This document shows, piece after piece, positions 38,863 to 46,042 of a stretch of DNA of 64,000 nucleotides. Position 1 is the first letter of the stretch; each line of letters starts with the position of its first letter. Below the pieces are notes generated by a model. The model ran no database searches. It saw nothing but the letters and a program-made list of their open reading frames with translations, and had not been told where the DNA came from. Origin of the DNA: Burkholderiales bacterium (GTDB taxonomy: Bacteria > Pseudomonadota > Gammaproteobacteria > Burkholderiales > JAEUOS01); the NCBI GenBank assembly GCA_016790635.1, contig JAEUOR010000060.1:1880-65879 (forward strand). The letters run 5' to 3'. A program made the translations under genes and the position numbers.

Positions 38863-39992
38863 CGGGCGTAGCGCAGGACGAGCGAAACCACGCGGCGAAC
38901 ATCGTCGAACCCGAGTCCGAGATGCATCGGAAGGGAGATCAATTCATCACTCGCACGCGCGGCTTCCGGGCAGGTACCCTGGGCGTAGGCATACATGCGA
39001 TAGAGTGTGTTGTCCCGATAATGGACACCCGGATACACCTGATGCTCATTGAGGGCAAGCATCAGTGCATCGCGATTGCCGACCCGTATCTGAAACAGGT
39101 GGCAGGATGACTCGCAGCCGGGCACGACATCCACGGAGCGCACCGCGGCCTGGCCTGCCAGGCCCGCGCGGTACCACGATGCCAATTGACGCCGGTATGC
39201 GTTATCTCTTTCGACGTAGCGCAACTGCACCAGGCCGATTGCGGCCATGATCGAATTGCCGTGGTGCTTGAATCCGACCTCCTCGACGTCGTACATCCAC
39301 TTGTAAGCGCCGCCCCCCGTGGTCCGTGTGTAGGTATCCTTGTTGATGCCTAGCCAGGCGAGTTTGCGCACCAATTCATCATGCTCGGCCAGACGAAAGC
39401 AGATCATCCCGGAATCGGCCGTTGGCAGGTTCTTGACCGCCTGAAAACTGAATACAGTCGCGTCCGCTTCGCCCCCTATGTGCCGCCCAAGCCAGCGAGT
39501 GCCGGTCATGTGTGCGGCGTCAATGACGAGCTTTAGTCCGCGTTCCGAGCATATTTTGGCGATCTCATCGAGTCTGCCGGTATTGCCCCCCATGCCGACA
39601 AATACGACGGCACGGGTGCGCGGCGTGATCCGCTGCAGCACGCTCTGCGGGTCGAGGCACAAGCTGGCATCGATATCGGCAAACACCGGCCGCAGGCCGT
39701 TGTACAGAATCGCGTGATTGGTCGAGACGAAAGTGAGGGGAGTCGTCACCACCTCGTCACCGTCCACCCATCCCCCTGCCCCCTTGAGCACATTGATAGC
39801 CAAATGAAGCCCGGCGGTCGCCGAGGAAAGAAAGTGCCCGTAGGGGAGGCCGGTGTAGTCGCACCATGCCTTTTCGAAGGCAACTGTCTTGAAGCCAAGC
39901 CCGGTCCAGCCCTTTTCGAGACATTCACGGATTTCGGTGAGGCACTCTTCGATGCGGAACTGTGGAACGAAGAGCTGGATCGGGTCGCTCAA
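38859..39992 (-). CDS. DegT/DnrJ/EryC1/StrS family sugar aminotransferase (PLP-dependent)
   Basis: Family-typical sequence (VVTTPLTFVSTNHAILYNG...VFSFQAVKNL with the PLP Lys). I place the start at TTG 39992 (GGAG 6 nt upstream, MSDPIQLFVPQF...). The track start at 40100 would overlap prsT by 71 nt. Confidence 0.83.
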   Translation of the reverse strand: MSDPIQLFVPQFRIEECLTEIRECLEKGWTGLGFKTVAFEKAWCDYTGLPYGHFLSSATAGLHLAINVLKGAGGWVDGDEVVTTPLTFVSTNHAILYNGLRPVFADIDASLCLDPQSVLQRITPRTRAVVFVGMGGNTGRLDEIAKICSERGLKLVIDAAHMTGTRWLGRHIGGEADATVFSFQAVKNLPTADSGMICFRLAEHDELVRKLAWLGINKDTYTRTTGGGAYKWMYDVEEVGFKHHGNSIMAAIGLVQLRYVERDNAYRRQLASWYRAGLAGQAAVRSVDVVPGCESSCHLFQIRVGNRDALMLALNEHQVYPGVHYRDNTLYRMYAYAQGTCPEAARASDELISLPMHLGLGFDDVRRVVSLVLRYAR

Positions 39993-40029
39993 ATCAATCT
40001 CCGTAAACGCCGTTGCCGATGATTCAGCG

Positions 40030-42807
40030 TCACTCGCGAAGCAGGCGCTGAACTTCCGCTTGTCCCTTGAAGCGAGCGCCCAAAGCCGCCAACGCCTCAA
40101 GCTCGCGCCTCGCTTCAGCCCGCTTTCCGGCTTTGTTCAGGACAACTGCGTAATGAAGGCGAATCGGGGAATCCGGCGGCGATTTCGTCGACGCCTTCTC
40201 AAGCAAAGTCAGCGCACGACCCACATCGCCCTTGTCGACAAGCACCGATGCGAGGGTATCCATTATCGCCGGGTTGTTCGGCACGAGCTTGTAGGCACGC
40301 TCTGCCAAATCCAGCGCGTCCGGTTGCTTCAATTCACGAGCCAGCGACGCAAGATTGTTCAGGATCGCCGGATCGTTTGGCAGCAAAGCAAGCATGGCGC
40401 GGTAGTGCGCGGCCGCCGCGGAGAATTCCCGGCGCGAAATCGCGCTTTCAGCGACAAATCGACGAAATACGGTGTCGTTGGGAAATTCCTTGATGCGCGC
40501 AAGCGCGAACTGATCCGCGGCCGCCAACTTGCCCTGTGCCCCCATGACCGCGAATAACTTGATCGCGGTCTCGCTGGTGTCGGCGATCTTCATGGCACTG
40601 CGAAACGCCGCTTCGGCTTCCGCAAGTTCCTTTGTAACCAGCCGCACTTCTCCTTCCAGAACGAACCCTTGGGACGATCGAGGTTGTTCTCGCTGCAAGT
40701 TGCGTGCAAAAGCCAATGCATCGGGTGCCCGCCCTGTCCGGACATAGATAGCAACGATACGCAATTGGGCCGGAACAAAACCCGGGTTAGCACGCAATGC
40801 CTTCTGCAGGGACTCGATGGCACCACTATTGTTGCCCGCCGCTTCATGTGCATCGGCCATTCCCATATGACCGCCCATCGCGGTCGACTCTGCGGCCGCC
40901 ATTTTCCCAAACGTCACCAGCGCTTGATTGAATTCACCGGCAACAATCTGTGCCTGCCCGAGAAGGGAAGCGATGTCTGCGGATGACGGCATCGCGGCGT
41001 ACGCATTCTGCGCCGCGCTCAACGCCCGCCGCTTATCGCCCGCATCGATCAAGTGCCTCACCAGTGCCAGTCGCGGCGCAGGATCGGCAGGAGATGCCTC
41101 TACCGCCTTTTGAATCAGCGCCTCGATTTCCGCGGCAGGGGACTTTTGTGCAGCCTTGAGGCCTGCTAACGCGAGCATCGCAGGTACATGGCGAGGCTCC
41201 GCTGCCAGAACCTTCTCGAGGCGCGCCAACGCGTCCGCGCCCTTGTCTTGCGCGATATCCAGCTCCGCGAGGGACATGGCTGCCGGGAGGAAACTTGGGC
41301 TGAGGGCCACAGCATTCTCGAAGCTGCGCCGGGCGTCTGCGGTTTTTCCAGCGGCCAACAAAATCCGTCCACGCAGGTTCTGGACCATGGCATCGCGCGG
41401 GCGCTTCTTTTCCAGTTGCGTCAGGGACGACAGTGCTTTTTCGTATGATCGCTTCTCAAAATGCGCCGCGACAAGCGCAAGATCGGCGGTGATGCCGCTG
41501 TCGGTCTCGGCCATGCGCTCCAGATCGCGAGTACCCGCCTCAAATTGCCCTGCCGCCAATCGCGCAAATGCGAGTTGCAGGCGCTTCGAGGAGTCGTCCG
41601 GCTTCAGTTCAACCGCCTTGCGAAAAAAGCCCTCAGCCCGCTTGAAATCTCCCGCCTGCATGAATACTTCTCCGGCCACATGCAGCATGTCCGGATCATT
41701 CTCAATGTCGCGTAACGCCGGAGTGATGGTTTCGATCGCCCGGCTCATCTGACCCAAGCCGATATACGTAAGGGCGAGCCAACGCCGCACCGGAACAGAT
41801 TTCGAGTCAATCTGCAGCGCGCGACGGAGATGGTTCTCTGCTTCGACAAAGGCGCCAAGCCTGTAACGCAAGGCCCCGGCTAGCTGCAATACACTGAAAT
41901 CGTTTGGAAACGAGCGCAAAACCAACTGAATCCGTTCGGAAGCTTGTTGCAGATCGCCTTTGTAATATGCGACCTGCGCTTCCAGGAAAATCGTGCGGAC
42001 CTGATTAGGTAATGCACGCTTCATTTCGGCCAGTTCTGCCTCGGCCGCAGCGAAATGGGGGGATTCCGGGCTGAAGCCGGCGCGCTGAAGTCTCACGAAC
42101 ACCAGGGCGCCTCGCGCAGAAGGATCATCCTTGCGAAGCTCGAGTGCCTTGCGATAACCCTGCTCCGATTGGTCATACTGCTGAAGCGCGAACAGGACCG
42201 AGGCGCGAAGATACTGCCCGTCATAGTCGCGCGGATGCTTGGCGATGAGTGCGTCCAAGAGACTGAGCGCAGCCTTCACGTCTCCGGCGGCAAGCTTGAT
42301 ACGTGCCTCAACCAGCATTGCCAGAGGATGATCGGACTGGGTAGCCAGCCCCTCCGCGATCTCCTTCGCCGCCGAGCCCTTGTCTCCGATAGCTAGGTAG
42401 GCAAGACTGAGATATGCCTTTGCCTCCACCTTTGCAGACGGTGAGGTGAGAAGTACGCCAGCAGCTTCGTGTATCACCTTGCGCGCCTCGCCTTTCGCCA
42501 AAAGGCTGCGCAACAAAAGCGGCAGAACCTGATCTACGGGAAACTTCTCATCCTTGGCTCTGCGCAATTCAATCTCGGCTCCCGCCGGGTTCCCGGATTC
42601 AAGCAAGGCCTTCCCGAGCAGATATCTTGCTTCCGGCGAATCCGCACGGTTGGCGATCACGTTCTTTACTTCGAGAATGGCAGCAGCGTGCTCTCCTTTC
42701 GCGAGAAATTCCTTGGCCTTTTCGAGTGAGCCGGAATTGCTGGCAGGATTGCAGCCGGTCGCAGCGATACAGAAAAGCGAGGCAAACAAATAAGCCGAGA
42801 GTCGCAT
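40030..42807 (-). CDS. prsT: PEP-CTERM system TPR-repeat lipoprotein PrsT
   Basis: 925 aa. Lipoprotein signal MRLSAYLFASLFCIAATGC, followed by TPR repeats throughout. Size, architecture and locus context match the PrsT family. Confidence 0.85.
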   Translation of the reverse strand: MRLSAYLFASLFCIAATGCNPASNSGSLEKAKEFLAKGEHAAAILEVKNVIANRADSPEARYLLGKALLESGNPAGAEIELRRAKDEKFPVDQVLPLLLRSLLAKGEARKVIHEAAGVLLTSPSAKVEAKAYLSLAYLAIGDKGSAAKEIAEGLATQSDHPLAMLVEARIKLAAGDVKAALSLLDALIAKHPRDYDGQYLRASVLFALQQYDQSEQGYRKALELRKDDPSARGALVFVRLQRAGFSPESPHFAAAEAELAEMKRALPNQVRTIFLEAQVAYYKGDLQQASERIQLVLRSFPNDFSVLQLAGALRYRLGAFVEAENHLRRALQIDSKSVPVRRWLALTYIGLGQMSRAIETITPALRDIENDPDMLHVAGEVFMQAGDFKRAEGFFRKAVELKPDDSSKRLQLAFARLAAGQFEAGTRDLERMAETDSGITADLALVAAHFEKRSYEKALSSLTQLEKKRPRDAMVQNLRGRILLAAGKTADARRSFENAVALSPSFLPAAMSLAELDIAQDKGADALARLEKVLAAEPRHVPAMLALAGLKAAQKSPAAEIEALIQKAVEASPADPAPRLALVRHLIDAGDKRRALSAAQNAYAAMPSSADIASLLGQAQIVAGEFNQALVTFGKMAAAESTAMGGHMGMADAHEAAGNNSGAIESLQKALRANPGFVPAQLRIVAIYVRTGRAPDALAFARNLQREQPRSSQGFVLEGEVRLVTKELAEAEAAFRSAMKIADTSETAIKLFAVMGAQGKLAAADQFALARIKEFPNDTVFRRFVAESAISRREFSAAAAHYRAMLALLPNDPAILNNLASLARELKQPDALDLAERAYKLVPNNPAIMDTLASVLVDKGDVGRALTLLEKASTKSPPDSPIRLHYAVVLNKAGKRAEARRELEALAALGARFKGQAEVQRLLRE

Positions 42808-42867
42808 AGCTAGGCTACCGGATCAATGGGTGCATCGAACCCCGCCATCAGGGTTCCAACAGTGGCA

Positions 42868-42898
42868 GTCTTTTCCACAAATTCCCGTCTTTTTCACA
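42868..42898 (-). repeat. Imperfect 12-nt direct repeat (plus-strand GTCTTTTCCACA / GTCTTTTTCACA, 19-bp period) between a TATAAT box and prsT
   Basis: Read directly: 42868-42879 and 42887-42898, 11/12 identical. On the minus strand these read TGTGGAAAAGAC and TGTGAAAAAGAC, immediately downstream of TATAAT (42903-42908). Function unknown. Confidence 0.4.
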
Positions 42899-42920
42899 GG
42901 GAATTATACCGTCGCAGGCC

Positions 42921-42939
42921 GAGGGGCACCTTGCCCCTC
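42921..42939 (-). other. 8-bp GC-rich hairpin GAGGGGCA-CCT-TGCCCCTC (no U-tract)
   Basis: Perfect inverted repeat read directly. Lies 95 nt downstream of the GT2 gene stop and upstream of the prsT promoter region. It is not a canonical intrinsic terminator. Confidence 0.3.
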
Positions 42940-43033
42940 TCACAGCGAATCACCGGAAGCAATCGACTACTCGCGCATGTTTTGATCCTTGACCGTATGC
43001 GCAGACGCGATCGACACCGGCCAAGCAATTTGC

Positions 43034-44047
43034 TTAGAGGCGGTTGAGAATCGTCGCCACTGCCAACCCGAGGTTTGCAAGCGGTGTCTGGCAGTACACC
43101 CCTGCAGAAAGAACTCCCTTGATCCGGCCCAGCGTACCTGAACGCCTGGCTAGCGCAAAGCAATCGACGGTCTCCTTGCAATCTTTGTCCATCTTGTGGC
43201 GCAGTCGGGACAACGCCGTCATGTTGCGTTCGTTCATTTCTCGAAAATGTCCGGCCAGCAAACGGGCAGCCCGCCGCACACGGCCCCGCATGAAGATATT
43301 GCTGCCAACCAGATTCGCAGCGTGTTGGCGGTATGCGACTGAACAATGAGAATCGTAGTGGATCACACCCCCGCAGGCAGCAACCACCAGATAGGTCCAC
43401 CAGTCATGTGTTTGGACATCGATATCCGGGCCCGCCTCAACAAGCAAGGTACGAGCAGCCCCGTTGATCATCATAGTGTTCCCGCCTGCGACGCTTTGCA
43501 CGAGCGCATTCCTGATTCCGACAGGGCGGGTGAACAAGGGCGAGAATCCGATCGTCTCGCCGTGCACATCAACCAGGCGCGTCCTTCCACAGTAAAGCGC
43601 GGGGGTGTCCTTCGGTTGGTTACTTAACCATCGAACCGCACGTTCTAGTTTGTCTGGCTCCCAAAGATCGTCCTGGTCACAGTATGCGAAATAGTCTGCC
43701 TGGATGTCGACCGCGCAAACCAAAGACAGGAAATTCGCGCAAAACCCATGCGCCGGGCCGCGCCGGACTTGCAGGCGTGCGTCTCCCCAACGACGCCGAT
43801 AGCTTGCAAGAACGTCGAGCGTCGAGTCCTTGGATCCGTCGTCCGAGGCCTCGATCGACCAGTCGCGATGGCTTTGCTCCTGGATGCTGTCCAACTGTTG
43901 CGGAAGGAATGCGGCGCCATCCAGGGTGCCCAGCAGGATAGCAACATGCGCAGCCCTTGGGCCAGAAGCGCCATGCCGCTGTTGCCCTTGAGTCAACTCC
44001 TCAGGCACGATTGCTTCAATAGCTCCGACCAGTTTCCTGCCCAGCAA
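43034..44047 (-). CDS. Family 2 glycosyltransferase
   Basis: GT2 N-terminal signature (VAILLGTLDGAAFLPQQLDSIQEQSHRDWSIEASDDGSKDST) and a DxD-like CDQDD. The track start is TTG and overlaps the upstream gene by 55 nt. An alternative TTG at 43996 would give a TTGA start/stop overlap. The start is uncertain. Confidence 0.78.
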   Translation of the reverse strand: MLGRKLVGAIEAIVPEELTQGQQRHGASGPRAAHVAILLGTLDGAAFLPQQLDSIQEQSHRDWSIEASDDGSKDSTLDVLASYRRRWGDARLQVRRGPAHGFCANFLSLVCAVDIQADYFAYCDQDDLWEPDKLERAVRWLSNQPKDTPALYCGRTRLVDVHGETIGFSPLFTRPVGIRNALVQSVAGGNTMMINGAARTLLVEAGPDIDVQTHDWWTYLVVAACGGVIHYDSHCSVAYRQHAANLVGSNIFMRGRVRRAARLLAGHFREMNERNMTALSRLRHKMDKDCKETVDCFALARRSGTLGRIKGVLSAGVYCQTPLANLGLAVATILNRL

Positions 44048-44793
44048 CAGTCATGACCGTACCTAGGCACATCCACTACCTGGCTGTGAGGCGCCTGGGC
44101 CAGGTAGCGGGAGATTGTGTGCAGCGGGACAACCTGATCTTGTACACCGCGAAAGTGCGTCTGACGCACAGAAGTCGGCAGAGGGAAGTTCGTCGGATTG
44201 AGCGATCCGTACAGAGGCGTGACCTGTTTGGCAACCGTCCAGGCATCAATGTCCAGGGGAGCAGCGACAGTCACCAAGCAAGAAACGTCGCTTCTTCTGG
44301 ATGCCACCAGAACCGCCATTGCTCCGCCTCCCGAGTAGCCGACAAGGTCGATCCTGCTTGCGCCGTGTCTGCGCCGCAGTTCTTCGACTGCAGCGTTGGT
44401 CATTGCCACTGCGGCCTCGCTGAATCGTCCCAAGGTCCAGAAAGCCGGGTCGCACACCGCCAGTCGATCAGGCCGCAGATACTGGCACGGTCGCCCGACA
44501 TAGGCCACCGCCGGCGCGCGATCAGCCGCAGCCATACGCACCACTGTCGGAACCACTGGCGTAGGATCACTCGGTGGCTCATCTGGCCACGGCCAAGGCG
44601 CACCATCACTCTCGAGATAGATCGTCAGGCGCTCCGCCCGCGCGCCCCGGCCAAACGCAACCATGCGGTCGTCGGGTAACGCAAAAGAAACCAGGCTCGC
44701 CTCTGCGAGGATGACGGCCGCGCGTTCGCCCGGCGATTCGACCAACGCACAGCCGGCAACCAAAAAAAATGCCGATGCGGTCATCAGCCGCAT
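43993..44793 (-). CDS. Alpha/beta hydrolase lipoprotein
   Basis: Trimmed to the ATG at 44793. Lipobox MRLMTASAFFLVAGC. Nucleophile elbow GYSGGG (DLVGYSGGGAMAV). Confidence 0.75.
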   Translation of the reverse strand: MRLMTASAFFLVAGCALVESPGERAAVILAEASLVSFALPDDRMVAFGRGARAERLTIYLESDGAPWPWPDEPPSDPTPVVPTVVRMAAADRAPAVAYVGRPCQYLRPDRLAVCDPAFWTLGRFSEAAVAMTNAAVEELRRRHGASRIDLVGYSGGGAMAVLVASRRSDVSCLVTVAAPLDIDAWTVAKQVTPLYGSLNPTNFPLPTSVRQTHFRGVQDQVVPLHTISRYLAQAPHSQVVDVPRYGHDCCWAGNWSELLKQSCLRS

Positions 44794-44848
44794 CGGCAAG
44801 GAACTCCCGAACCTGCCTGAAAAGCCGGTGTCGGCGGTTTTCTGTTGT

Positions 44849-45892
44849 CTAGAAACGCAACCCAAGGTTGAACAACCATTGATTGTTCTTGACCTCCGAG
44901 CGGCTTTGCTCCGACGAATACTGGATACCGCCATACAAGGACCCACCCGAATTGAAGCGGATGCCGATGGTGGGCGTCCAAGCATCGCGGTCGTTGGCCG
45001 CACTCTGACCCGCAACAGGCTGCTGTGTCGGGCGATTGATGTCATGCACGTACGTCAGTCCGACATATGGCACGACGCCGCCAAAGTTGTAGCCGGCTTG
45101 GCCACCCAGGCGAAGCTGCGTCACGTTGACTGTACCGTCCGGAATGAAGGTTCCATTCGAGAGCGTGTATGCGCCGAGCCGATCATTGGCAAACAGGAGC
45201 GCGCCACGACCGGAAAGCTGCCAATTGCCCATGCTGGTGCGATAGGTCGATCCCACCGAACCAATAGTCCGCTCGGAGCGATACGTTCCGGTGCCGCCTC
45301 CGGAATTGATGTCCGTGCTGGTCCGGCCCAGCCCGATGGTCGCATCCAGTGCCCAGTTCCGATTCAGGGGCACGCCGATATACGGGGCGATCGTCCAGCC
45401 GCTACCGGAGAGGTTGCCTCCATTGAAATTGAGGCCGATCCTGCTTCGGTCGCCAGCAACCGCGACGCCCACGATCACCCGATTGGCCAGGGTGTAGTCG
45501 ACACCAACCAGGCCGACCTCGATGTTGCCGCTGGACTGACGGGGGGCGAAATTGAATGCCACATCACTGCGGGAATAGGCGACCCAGGCATTCCATGCCG
45601 GTTGGCTGGCGCCCGCCAAGCCGGTCTGCCCCTGCCCTGGCAAGGCAAAGCGACGCATGCCGGTCCCGCCCACCGTCTGACCACCGCTAGCGATTGCTGC
45701 CACACCGCCGCCGATCACTAGTCCCACATTGCGCGAACCTTCCTGGGCCGCATTTTTCGAGGCGTCCGTGGCCGCGCCTTGGATCACTTCGGACGACGGG
45801 GTATTGCTGCTAGTCGCCGCTGCGGCGCCTGCCGCAACAACGAGAACCATGGCTAGCAAGCCGGAAACGAACTTCCGATTATGCAATTGCAT
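44849..45892 (-). CDS. Outer-membrane beta-barrel protein (autotransporter beta-domain-like, no passenger)
   Basis: Signal peptide (LLAMVLVVAAGAAAA). Alternating amphipathic beta-strand pattern. Terminal aromatic residue (NLGLRF). Only about 50 residues lie between the signal peptide and the barrel. Confidence 0.68.
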   Translation of the reverse strand: MQLHNRKFVSGLLAMVLVVAAGAAAATSSNTPSSEVIQGAATDASKNAAQEGSRNVGLVIGGGVAAIASGGQTVGGTGMRRFALPGQGQTGLAGASQPAWNAWVAYSRSDVAFNFAPRQSSGNIEVGLVGVDYTLANRVIVGVAVAGDRSRIGLNFNGGNLSGSGWTIAPYIGVPLNRNWALDATIGLGRTSTDINSGGGTGTYRSERTIGSVGSTYRTSMGNWQLSGRGALLFANDRLGAYTLSNGTFIPDGTVNVTQLRLGGQAGYNFGGVVPYVGLTYVHDINRPTQQPVAGQSAANDRDAWTPTIGIRFNSGGSLYGGIQYSSEQSRSEVKNNQWLFNLGLRF

Positions 45893-46042
45893 TTTCGCTT
45901 TCCCCTTTATCCGAAGACACCTGAGCTGCTGCGTCTTGCAGTGCCGGACCCATAGGCCAGCGCAAACCGCAATACCTCTTTCAGAATGATAGCACGTGCC
46001 GCAACGCGATTCTGAGGTGAACTCCGAGCATATTGCTGCATG

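Noticed and set aside
38859-40100. Track start (40100) for the DegT aminotransferase.
   Set aside because: It would overlap prsT by 71 nt and add a non-homologous Arg/Trp-rich leader. TTG at 39992 has GGAG at optimal spacing and yields the family-typical ...IQLFVPQF... start. The TTG assignment remains an inference.
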